DNA of 24,000 bases from Azospirillum griseum. Its GTDB lineage: Bacteria; Pseudomonadota; Alphaproteobacteria; Azospirillales; Azospirillaceae. The notes under the pieces are model-generated. The model was not told the DNA's origin and did no database searches. It saw only the letters and a program-made list of their open reading frames with translations. The position numbers and the translations under genes are program-made. The stretch covers positions 219,495 through 243,494 of the forward strand of contig NZ_RXMA01000003.1 in assembly GCF_003966125.1 (NCBI RefSeq). The letters run 5' to 3'. Position 1 is the stretch's first letter, and each line of letters begins with the position of its first letter. Positions 1-7,063 of this stretch are shown here, one piece after another.

Positions 1-39
1 ATAACGGCAGATCTCCTCGCGCCATTTGCTGTCGCTCAT
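1..39 (-). CDS. 5' end of an unidentified gene running off the left edge. Only 13 codons are visible (MSDSKWREEICRY). It could be a class II aldolase/adducin-type protein, which would make it a candidate otnC.
   Basis: A minus-strand ATG (plus-strand CAT at 37..39) is preceded by AAGGA (plus-strand TCCTT at 47..51) with a 7-nt spacer. It lies 70 nt downstream of the lacI-family gene on the same strand. The ...REEICRY N-terminus resembles N-termini of class II aldolase family proteins, but 13 residues are not diagnostic. Confidence 0.3.
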   Translation of the reverse strand, partial: MSDSKWREEICRY

Positions 40-58
40 GCTGTGATCCTTGGAGTTT

Positions 59-86
59 GGGGCGGGTTTTGGGCCGGGGTTTGGGG
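59..86 (+). repeat. G-quadruplex-type motif GGGGcGGGttttGGGccGGGGtttGGGG. It is telomere-like (TTTGGGG units) and lies in the spacer between the lacI-family gene and the left-edge gene.
   Basis: Read directly: five G3-4 runs at 59-62, 64-66, 71-73, 76-79 and 83-86, separated by loops of 1-4 nt. The motif is on the template strand for the flanking minus-strand genes. Confidence 0.4.
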
Positions 87-109
87 CCAGCCGCCGCCGC
101 GCTCCGGCG

Positions 110-1114
110 TCAGGCGGTTGCGCCCTCGATCACTTCGAAACCGACATCCACCGTCTGCGCGGGCGCGCCGGACAGCGCGAGCTGTGCGGCCAGTTCCCCG
201 ATGCGCACGCGCGGGGTGCGGATGGTGGCGATGGGTTGCGGGGTGAGGCGGGCGACGTCCAAGCCGTTGTAGCCGAACAGCGCCAGCCGGTCCGGGATGG
301 CGATCCCCCGCGACAGGCACAGGAAATAGCCGCCGACCGCCATGTCGTCGTTGGAGAAATAAACCGCGTCGAGATCGGGCGCGCGGGCCAGCAGCCGGTC
401 CAGCCCGTCGCGCCCAACCTCCACCGAGGAAGGGACCGGGGCGATGTCGCGGTCGGTCAGGGCCAGCCCGGCGTCGGCCAACGCGGCTTCGAACCCGGCC
501 AGCCGCTTGGCCGCGCGGGTGTCGCGCGTCAGGTCGTGACCGACATAGCCGATCCGCCGATAGCCGCGCGCCAGCAGATGGCGGGCGCTGGCCCGGCCGG
601 TTTCGGCGGTGGCGAAGCCGACCACCAGATCCAGCCCCGGCCCGTCGATGTCGAGCATCTCCGCCACCCGCGCCCCGCCGCCGGTCAGCATGGCGCGCGC
701 CCGCTCGGTGTGCTCCAGCCCGGCCAGCAGGATCGCCGCCGGTCGCCAGGACAGCATGGAGGCGATCAACTCCTCCTCCCGCGCCGGGTCGTAGTCGCTG
801 ACCCCGATCACCGCCTGATGGCCGCTGCCCTCCATCGCTTGGCTGGCCCCGCGCAGCACATCGGCGAACACGATGTTGGAGAAGGACGGCACGACGATGC
901 CGACCAGCCGCGAGCCCGCCGACGCCAGCGTCCCGGCGATCATGTTGGGGACATAGCCCAGCCGGTTCACCGCCTCCATCACCCGGTCGCGGGTTTTGGC
1001 CGAAAAGGAGCCGTGGTTGCGCAGCACGCGCGACACCGTGCTTTCGCCCACCCCGGCGGCCGCCGCCACCTCCGCCAGCGTCACCGTTGCCGCCGTCTTG
1101 CCCCGCCCGTCCAC
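110..1114 (-). CDS. LacI-family transcriptional repressor
   Basis: The 334-aa ORF has an N-terminal LacI-type HTH (TLAEVAAAAGVGESTVSRVLRN...RVMEAVNRLGYVPN) followed by a periplasmic-binding-protein-like effector domain. The GTG start at 1114 is preceded by AAGGA (plus-strand TCCTT 1124..1128). It is divergent from a permease, with palindromic operators in the spacer. Confidence 0.9.
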   Translation of the reverse strand: MDGRGKTAATVTLAEVAAAAGVGESTVSRVLRNHGSFSAKTRDRVMEAVNRLGYVPNMIAGTLASAGSRLVGIVVPSFSNIVFADVLRGASQAMEGSGHQAVIGVSDYDPAREEELIASMLSWRPAAILLAGLEHTERARAMLTGGGARVAEMLDIDGPGLDLVVGFATAETGRASARHLLARGYRRIGYVGHDLTRDTRAAKRLAGFEAALADAGLALTDRDIAPVPSSVEVGRDGLDRLLARAPDLDAVYFSNDDMAVGGYFLCLSRGIAIPDRLALFGYNGLDVARLTPQPIATIRTPRVRIGELAAQLALSGAPAQTVDVGFEVIEGATA

Positions 1115-1184
1115 CGTCGCACGTCCTTAGAAGCTTCAAAATTCTGGACATTCTCCGCTTTCCGTCGATGGGCCGCAAGATTTG

Positions 1185-1200
1185 TTGGCAGCGCCACCAA
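1185..1200. promoter_or_regulatory. Operator O1, a degenerate copy (TTGGCAGCGCcaCCAA, 14/16 match to O2/O3)
   Basis: Read directly. It has the same half-site as the two perfect palindromes downstream and a CG-centred LacI-family-style architecture. Confidence 0.5.
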
Positions 1201-1206
1201 AAATGA

Positions 1207-1222
1207 TTGGCAGCGCTGCCAA
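1207..1222. promoter_or_regulatory. Operator O2, a perfect 16-bp palindrome TTGGCAGCGCTGCCAA
   Basis: Read directly as a perfect inverted repeat with a central CG, as in LacI/GalR-family operators. Its left half, TTGGCA, could also serve as a -35 element (TTGGCA-N17-TATGTC, 1207..1235) for the permease gene. Confidence 0.65.
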
Positions 1223-1237
1223 ACAATGTTATGTCCT

Positions 1238-1255
1238 TTTGGCAGCGCTGCCAAA
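1238..1255. promoter_or_regulatory. Operator O3, a perfect 18-bp palindrome TTTGGCAGCGCTGCCAAA
   Basis: Read directly. Its core is identical to O2. It lies just downstream of the putative -10, about 75 nt upstream of the permease ATG. Confidence 0.65.
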
Positions 1256-1330
1256 TGAATTTCTGAGCCTGATGGCGGCGAAGGGCGGATCAAGAACGCC
1301 CGGCAGGAAAACCCCCCCTTGGAGGAAACG

Positions 1331-2635
1331 ATGTCGCAGCAAGTGCTGACGGCCGACGGCCCGGTGGAGGCCGTGGAGACGCGCGCCTATCGCAAAGTGT
1401 TCTGGCGGATCGTGCCGTTTTTGATGCTCTGCTACGTGGTCGCCTATCTCGACCGCGTGAATGTGGGCTTTGCCAAGCTCCAGATGTCCCAGGCGCTGGG
1501 CTTCAGCGAAACGGTGTTCGGTCTGGGGGCCGGGATCTTCTTCCTGGGCTATTTCCTGTTCGAGGTGCCGAGCAACCTGATCCTGCACCGGGTCGGCGCG
1601 CGGCTGTGGATCGCCCGCATCATGGTGACGTGGGGCATCCTGTCCGCCGCCTTCATGTTCGTGAATTCGGCGGAGATGTTCTACGTCCTGCGGTTCCTGC
1701 TGGGTCTGGCGGAGGCGGGATTCTACCCCGGCGTCATCCTGTATCTGACCCAATGGTACCCGTCGAACCGGCGGGCCAAGATCATCGCGATTTTCATGTC
1801 GGCGATCCCGGTGTCGGGCATCTTCGGCAACCCGCTGTCGGGCTGGATCATGGACAGCTTCCACCAGACCGGCGGTCTGTCGGGGTGGCAGTGGATGTTC
1901 CTGATCGAAGCGGTTCCGGCCCTGATCATGGGCGTGGCGGTCTTCCTCCACCTCGACAATTCGATCGAGGAGGCCAAGTGGCTGGACGCCGATGAAAAGG
2001 CCGTGCTGGCCCGCAACATCGAGGCCGACAGCCGGACCAAGCAAAGCCCGCAGACCACCGCCGCCACCTTCAAGGATGGCCGGGTGTGGCTGATGTGCCT
2101 GATCTATTTCGCTTTCGTCACCGGCCAATACGGCCTGACCTTCTGGATGCCGTCGCTGGTCAAGGCGACCGGCGTGGTGGGCAACTTCAACATCGGCCTC
2201 ATCAGCGCCATTCCGTTCCTGTGCGCGGTGGTGGTGATGATCCTGTGCGGCCGCAGCGCCGACCGCATGCAGGAACGCCGCTGGCATCTGGTGATCCCGG
2301 CCCTGTTCGGTGCTGCCGGCTTCATCGTCGCCGCCACCGCCAGCAGCACGACCATCGCCATCGCCTGCCTATCGCTGGCCGCCGCCGGGGTCATCACCTG
2401 CGCGCCGCTGTTCTGGTCGTTGCCCACGGCCTTCCTGACCGGCACCGGGGCGGCGGCGGGCATCGCCATCGTCAATTCGGTGGGCAATCTGGCGGGGTTC
2501 GCCGGTCCCTACATGATCGGCTACGTCAAGGATCTGACCGGCAACACGGCGATGGGCATGTATGTGCTGGCCGGGGTGTTGCTGGTGGGGGCGGCGGCGG
2601 TGCTGACCGTTCCGGCCAAGCTGGTCAATCGCTGA
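1331..2635 (+). CDS. MFS transporter of the anion:cation symporter (ACS) family (TtuB/DgoT/GudP-like acid-sugar permease). It is the predicted L-threonate/tetronate importer.
   Basis: The product is 434 aa from ATG 1331, with GGAGGA at 1321..1326. The track's TTG at 1319 is 4 codons upstream and has no RBS. There are about 12 hydrophobic segments and the ACS-type N-terminal motif YLDRVNVGFAKLQM. Confidence 0.85.
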   Translation: MSQQVLTADGPVEAVETRAYRKVFWRIVPFLMLCYVVAYLDRVNVGFAKLQMSQALGFSETVFGLGAGIFFLGYFLFEVPSNLILHRVGARLWIARIMVTWGILSAAFMFVNSAEMFYVLRFLLGLAEAGFYPGVILYLTQWYPSNRRAKIIAIFMSAIPVSGIFGNPLSGWIMDSFHQTGGLSGWQWMFLIEAVPALIMGVAVFLHLDNSIEEAKWLDADEKAVLARNIEADSRTKQSPQTTAATFKDGRVWLMCLIYFAFVTGQYGLTFWMPSLVKATGVVGNFNIGLISAIPFLCAVVVMILCGRSADRMQERRWHLVIPALFGAAGFIVAATASSTTIAIACLSLAAAGVITCAPLFWSLPTAFLTGTGAAAGIAIVNSVGNLAGFAGPYMIGYVKDLTGNTAMGMYVLAGVLLVGAAAVLTVPAKLVNR

Positions 2636-2665
2636 GGAATCCTCCCGCGCTGGTGCGCAAGCCTT

Positions 2666-2715
2666 GGGCGGGGACCGTTTCCGATCCGTGATCCGGTTCC
2701 CGCCCGTTTCTTTCG
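2666..2715 (+). terminator. Rho-independent terminator candidate after the permease gene
   Basis: The stem GGGCGGGGACCG (2666..2677) pairs with CGGTTCCCGCCC (2694..2705) over 12 bp, including one G-U. The loop is 16 nt and is followed by the T-rich tail GTTTCTTTCG (2706..2715). Confidence 0.6.
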
Positions 2716-2758
2716 CCGCCGTTCTCCGCGCGGGTCTGTGCAAACGGGAGTGTGAGTG

Positions 2759-3694
2759 ATGAGCGTTTCGTCCAACAGCGGGGCCGGGTTGCGCGCCGCC
2801 GTCATCGGTCTGGGGTCGATGGGCTTCGGCATGGCCCAATCGCTGCGCCGCGCCGGGTTCCATGTGACCGGTTGCGACGTGGTTGCGGCCAACGTCGACC
2901 GTCTGGTGGCCGAGGGTGGCCACGCCGCCGCCAACCCGGCGGAGGCCGCGCGCGGGGCCGATGTGGTCGTGTGCGTGGTGGTGAACGCCGACCAGACCGA
3001 ACAGGTTCTGTTCGGCCCGTCGGGCGCGGTGGAGGGAATGGCCGAAGGGGCGGTGTTCCTGTCGTCGGCCACCATGGATCCGCAGATCGCCCGCCGTCTG
3101 GCCGACCGGCTGGAGGCGACCGGGCGGCTTTATCTCGACGCGCCGATCAGCGGCGGGGCGGCGAAGGCCGCGCAGGGGCAGTTGACGATCCTCGCCTCCG
3201 GGACCGCCGCCGCCTTCGCCAAGGCGCGCCCGGCGCTCGACGCCATGGCGGGCAAGCTGTACGAGCTGGGCGACGCCGCCGGGACAGGGGCCGCCTTCAA
3301 GATGGTGAACCAGCTTCTGGCCGGGGTGCACATCGCCGCCGCCTGCGAGGCGATGGCCTTTGCCGCCAAGCAGGGCCTGGATCTGGCCAAGGTGTACGAG
3401 GTCATCACCGCGTCGGCGGGCAATTCCTGGATGTTCGAAAACCGCGTGCCGCACATTCTGGCCGGGGATTACCGCCCGTTGAGCGCGGTGGAGATTTTCG
3501 TCAAGGATCTGGGCATCATCCAGGACATGGCGCGCAGCGCCCGTTACCCTGTGCCGGTCGCCGCCGCCGCCCTGCAAATGTATCTGGCCACGGCGGGGGC
3601 GGGGATGGGACGGGACGACGATTCGTCGCTGGCCCGCACCTACGCCGCGCTGTCCGGTGCGGCGCTCCCCGACGCCGTGACGCCGAAAGCCTGA
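2759..3694 (+). CDS. ltnD: NAD-dependent beta-hydroxyacid dehydrogenase (3-hydroxyisobutyrate dehydrogenase family), a probable L-threonate dehydrogenase
   Basis: The product is 311 aa from ATG 2759, with GGGAG at 2746..2750. It has an N-terminal Rossmann motif AVIGLGSMGFGMA and a HIBADH-like body (DAPISGG, GAAFKMVNQ). It sits immediately upstream of the otnI/otnK-type genes. The substrate assignment rests on context only. Confidence 0.7.
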   Translation: MSVSSNSGAGLRAAVIGLGSMGFGMAQSLRRAGFHVTGCDVVAANVDRLVAEGGHAAANPAEAARGADVVVCVVVNADQTEQVLFGPSGAVEGMAEGAVFLSSATMDPQIARRLADRLEATGRLYLDAPISGGAAKAAQGQLTILASGTAAAFAKARPALDAMAGKLYELGDAAGTGAAFKMVNQLLAGVHIAAACEAMAFAAKQGLDLAKVYEVITASAGNSWMFENRVPHILAGDYRPLSAVEIFVKDLGIIQDMARSARYPVPVAAAALQMYLATAGAGMGRDDDSSLARTYAALSGAALPDAVTPKA

Positions 3695-3751
3695 TCCGAA
3701 GCCGCTCCAACACCCACCCCCCAGCCCGACGCCGACACGAGGCCGCCACAG

Positions 3752-4540
3752 ATGCCCATCTTCGCCGCCAACCTGACCATGATGTTCAACGAATGGTCGT
3801 TCCTGGACCGTTTCGACGCCGCCGCCGACGCCGGTTTCCGGGCCGTGGAGTATCTGTTTCCCTATGACCACACGCCCGACGCGGTGGGCGAGCGGTTGCG
3901 GCGCAACGGGTTGACCCAGGCGCTGTTCAACATGCCGCCCGGCGATTGGGCGGCGGGGGAACGCGGGCTGGCGGCCCTGCCCGACCGCTTCGCCGAGCTT
4001 CAGGCCGGGGTGGAGACCGCCTTGCGCTACGCCGAGGCCACCGGCTGCCGCCGTCTGCATCTGATGGCCGGTCTGGCCGACGCCGCCGACCCGACGGCCC
4101 AGGCCAGCTACCGCCGCGCGGTGGAGCACGCGGCGGACGCGCTGGCCGAACGCGGGATCGATCTGCTGCTGGAGCCGATCAACGGGCGCGACATGCCCGG
4201 CTATTTCCTGAATGATTTCACCGCGACCGAGCGGTTGATCGCCGATCTGGACCGCCCCAACGTCCGGCTTCAGTTCGACCTGTACCACCGGCAGATCCTG
4301 CACGGCGATTGCACGATGGCGCTGAGCCGCCTGCTGCCGATCACCGGGCATGTGCAGATCGCCTCCGTCCCCTCGCGCCACGAACCGGCGGGGGAGGAGT
4401 TGAATTACCCCTTCCTGTTTGCGGAGCTGGACCGGCTGGGCTACGAGGGGTTTGTCGGCTGTGAATACCGCCCGCGCGCCGGGACGCTGGCCGGGTTGGG
4501 CTGGTTCACGCCGCAGCGCGCCATCGTGACGGGAGCGTGA
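3752..4540 (+). CDS. otnI: Hydroxypyruvate-isomerase-family TIM-barrel protein, a probable 2-oxo-tetronate isomerase
   Basis: The 262-aa product reads MPIFAANLTMMFNE...EYLFPY...LLEPIN...QFDLYH...GHVQIA...GCEYRP, which is typical of Hyi/OtnI xylose-isomerase-like TIM barrels. Its stop overlaps the upstream GTG of the kinase ORF. Confidence 0.8.
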   Translation: MPIFAANLTMMFNEWSFLDRFDAAADAGFRAVEYLFPYDHTPDAVGERLRRNGLTQALFNMPPGDWAAGERGLAALPDRFAELQAGVETALRYAEATGCRRLHLMAGLADAADPTAQASYRRAVEHAADALAERGIDLLLEPINGRDMPGYFLNDFTATERLIADLDRPNVRLQFDLYHRQILHGDCTMALSRLLPITGHVQIASVPSRHEPAGEELNYPFLFAELDRLGYEGFVGCEYRPRAGTLAGLGWFTPQRAIVTGA

Positions 4541-4545
4541 GCGCC

Positions 4546-5838
4546 ATGACCCAGACCACGCTTGCCCTCGGCTGCATCGCCGACGATTACACCGGCGCGT
4601 CCGACCTTGCCAACACGCTGACCCGTGCGGGTCTGCGCACCGTCCAGACCATCGGCGTTCCCGCCGACGGGTTGGACCTGCCGGAGGTGGACGCGGTGGT
4701 GGTGGCGCTGAAAAGCCGCTCCATCGCGCCGGACACGGCGGTGGCGCTGTCGCTGGACGCCCAACGCTGGCTGGCGGCGCGCGGCGTCGCCCACACCCTG
4801 TTCAAGGTGTGCTCGACCTTCGATTCGACCGACCAGGGCAACATCGGCCCTGTCACCGACGCTCTGCGCGCCGCGTGCGGCGGTGGGCCGGTGCTGGTGA
4901 CGCCCGCCTTTCCGGAAACCGGGCGCACCGTGTTCATGGGGCATCTGTTCGTCGGCAGCCAGCCGCTGCACGAAAGCCCGCTGAAGGATCACCCGCTGAA
5001 CCCGATGCGCGATTCCAATCTGGTTCGCGTGCTGGATCGCCAATCCAGCGGCGGGGTCGGGCTGATCGACCGGCTGACGGTGGCGCAAGGCGTCGACGCG
5101 GTGCGGGCGCGCCGCGACGCCGTGGCGGCGGCGGGGCAGGGGGCCGCGATTGTGGACGCGGTGGCCGACGCGGATCTGGCGATCATCGGCGCGGCGGCGC
5201 TGGACGGCCCGCTGTCCACCGGGGCGTCCGGCCTGGGTTTGGGGCTGGCCCGCGCCCTGGTGGCGTCGGGGCGGGTGACACCCGCCACCGGCGGGGCTGA
5301 AGCGGTGGCCCGCCCGGTCGGCGGCCCGGCGGCCATCGTGGTGGGAAGCTGTTCCAAGGCGACGCTGGAGCAGTTGGCGGCGGCGGAAGCGCTGTTCCCG
5401 GTGCTGCGGCTGGACACCGACGCGCTGCTGGCCGATCCGTCGGCCGAGGTGGCCCGCGCGCTGGCCTTCGCCGACGCGCGCCTGGGCGCTGGCCCGGTCG
5501 TCGTCGCGTCCAGCGCCACGCCGGACAAGGTGGCCGCCCTGCAAGCCCGCCACGGGCGCGCGGCGGTCGGCCACCGCATCGAACAGGCGCTGGCCGATGT
5601 GGCGGCGGGGCTGACCGAACGCGGCGTGCGGCGGCTGGTGGTGGCGGGGGGCGAAACCTCCGGCGCGGTGGTGGACCGTTTGGGCATCCCGGCCTTCCTC
5701 GTTGGTCCGGAAATCGCCCCCGGCGTGCCGGTGCTGCGCACCGCCGGTCTGCCCGGCGGCGACCGGCTGATGGCGCTGAAGTCCGGCAATTTCGGCGGCC
5801 CGGACTTTTTCGCCAAGGCGCTGGCGATGATGGGGTGA
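4546..5838 (+). CDS. otnK: DUF1537 four-carbon acid-sugar kinase, a probable 3-oxo-tetronate kinase
   Basis: The product is 430 aa from ATG 4546, with GGGAG at 4531..4535. An alternative GTG at 4537 overlaps the otnI stop. The N-terminal CIADDYTGASDLAN motif and the C-terminal VVAGGETSGAV nucleotide-binding segment are characteristic of the YgbK/DUF1537 family. Confidence 0.8.
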   Translation: MTQTTLALGCIADDYTGASDLANTLTRAGLRTVQTIGVPADGLDLPEVDAVVVALKSRSIAPDTAVALSLDAQRWLAARGVAHTLFKVCSTFDSTDQGNIGPVTDALRAACGGGPVLVTPAFPETGRTVFMGHLFVGSQPLHESPLKDHPLNPMRDSNLVRVLDRQSSGGVGLIDRLTVAQGVDAVRARRDAVAAAGQGAAIVDAVADADLAIIGAAALDGPLSTGASGLGLGLARALVASGRVTPATGGAEAVARPVGGPAAIVVGSCSKATLEQLAAAEALFPVLRLDTDALLADPSAEVARALAFADARLGAGPVVVASSATPDKVAALQARHGRAAVGHRIEQALADVAAGLTERGVRRLVVAGGETSGAVVDRLGIPAFLVGPEIAPGVPVLRTAGLPGGDRLMALKSGNFGGPDFFAKALAMMG

Positions 5839-5873
5839 GGAACAGATCTGCGATGGGGTGGTGACACGAACGA

Positions 5874-5897
5874 GGACCGGGCCACGTCGCCCGGTCC
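5874..5897 (+). other. GC-rich stem-loop between otnK and the hydrolase gene (GGACCGGGC-cacgtc-GCCCGGTCC)
   Basis: Read directly: a 9-bp perfect stem with a 6-nt loop and no U-tract. It could be a weak terminator, an attenuator or an mRNA-stabilising hairpin. Confidence 0.4.
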
Positions 5898-5918
5898 CGA
5901 CCGGGGAGTGAAACGACG

Positions 5919-7016
5919 ATGACTTTGCGCTATCGCATCCGGCGCGCCGCCCTGGCGGCGTTGACCGTGGGGGCCGTGCTGATCGGCGGTGGTCCGAGCG
6001 CTCCGGCGGCACCGGCCAACTACCCAACGCCGCAGGAGGGCGATTGGATCGCCCGCGATTTCCGTTTCAAGAACGGCGCGGTGATGCCGGAATTGCGGCT
6101 GCATTACACCACCCTCGGCAACCCCACGGGCGATGTGGTGGTGGTTCTGCACGGCACGGCGGGCAGCGGCAAGGCGATGCTGACCCCGGCCTTTGCCGGG
6201 GAGCTGTTCGGCCCCGGTCAACCGCTGGACGCGGCCACCCATCGCATCATCCTGCCCGACGCGCTGGGGGCGGGGGCGTCGGCCAAACCGTCCGACGGTT
6301 TGCGCATGGGCTTTCCCGAATACACTTATGACGACATGGTCGCCGCCCAACACCGGCTGTTGACCGAAGGGCTGGGCATCACCCATGTTCGGCTGCTGCT
6401 GGGTCATTCGATGGGCGGGATGCATGTCTGGCTGTGGGGAGCCACCCACCCCGGCTTTGCCGACCTGCTGGTGCCGATGGCGGCGCAGCCGACGGCGATG
6501 TCGGGCCGCAATTGGATGATGCGCCGCCTGCTGATCGAAAGCATCCGCCGCGATCCCGATTGGAACGGCGGCAACTACACCAACCAACCCAAGGGCTTGG
6601 CCTTCGCCAACCTCGTGTTCGGCACGGCGACCAACGGCGGCACCCTGGCGCTGCAAGCCGCCGCCCCCACCCGCGAGGCCGCCGACCGGCTGCTGGAGCG
6701 CCGCTTGGCCGCGCCGTTCGAGGGCGACGCCAACGACGCGCTGTATCAGTGGAACGCGTCGCGCGATTACGACCCGTCGTCGGCGCTGGGGCGGATCACC
6801 GATCCGGTTCTGGCGATCAACGCCGCCGATGACGAGCGCAACCCGCCCGAAACTGGGGTGATGGCGCGCGCGATGGCGGCGGTGGCGCGGGGCAGCCTGC
6901 ATGTGATCCCGGCCAGCGCCGAAACACTGGGCCACAGCACAACCGCCTTTGCCCGCTTCTGGAAAGACCGTCTGGCCGAGGCGTTGGCGGCAACCCCGCG
7001 CGCGCCCCGGCCCTGA
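5919..7016 (+). CDS. Exported alpha/beta-fold hydrolase (MetX/homoserine-O-acetyltransferase-like fold)
   Basis: The 365-aa product starts at ATG 5919, preceded by GGGGAG at 5903..5908. It has a signal-peptide-like N-terminus (RIRRAALAALTVGAVLIGGGPSAPAAPA), the nucleophile elbow GHSMGG, and candidate acid/His residues (AADDERN, TLGHST). Confidence 0.75.
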   Translation: MTLRYRIRRAALAALTVGAVLIGGGPSAPAAPANYPTPQEGDWIARDFRFKNGAVMPELRLHYTTLGNPTGDVVVVLHGTAGSGKAMLTPAFAGELFGPGQPLDAATHRIILPDALGAGASAKPSDGLRMGFPEYTYDDMVAAQHRLLTEGLGITHVRLLLGHSMGGMHVWLWGATHPGFADLLVPMAAQPTAMSGRNWMMRRLLIESIRRDPDWNGGNYTNQPKGLAFANLVFGTATNGGTLALQAAAPTREAADRLLERRLAAPFEGDANDALYQWNASRDYDPSSALGRITDPVLAINAADDERNPPETGVMARAMAAVARGSLHVIPASAETLGHSTTAFARFWKDRLAEALAATPRAPRP

Positions 7017-7063
7017 GTGGTCAACCCTGACCGGTCAACCTTATTCGCCGAGATCGTCCGTGC

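Noticed and set aside
36-1258. ORFs 36..1226 (-) and 50..1258 (+) overlapping the LacI-family gene
   Set aside because: These are alternative frames of the same DNA. Only the 110..1114 frame shows a real HTH and a ligand-binding-domain sequence.
2369-6935. Overlapping minus-strand ORFs of 670, 528 and 648 aa (2369..4381, 4441..6027, 4989..6935)
   Set aside because: They are antisense to ltnD, otnI, otnK and the hydrolase. They overlap each other in different frames, are R/G/P-rich, and have no RBS or domain signatures.
7019-7040. GGTCA-ACCC-TGACC hairpin and a GGTCAACC direct repeat between the convergent hydrolase and MFS genes, considered as a bidirectional terminator
   Set aside because: The stem is only 5 bp and neither side has a U-tract, so it is too weak to call.
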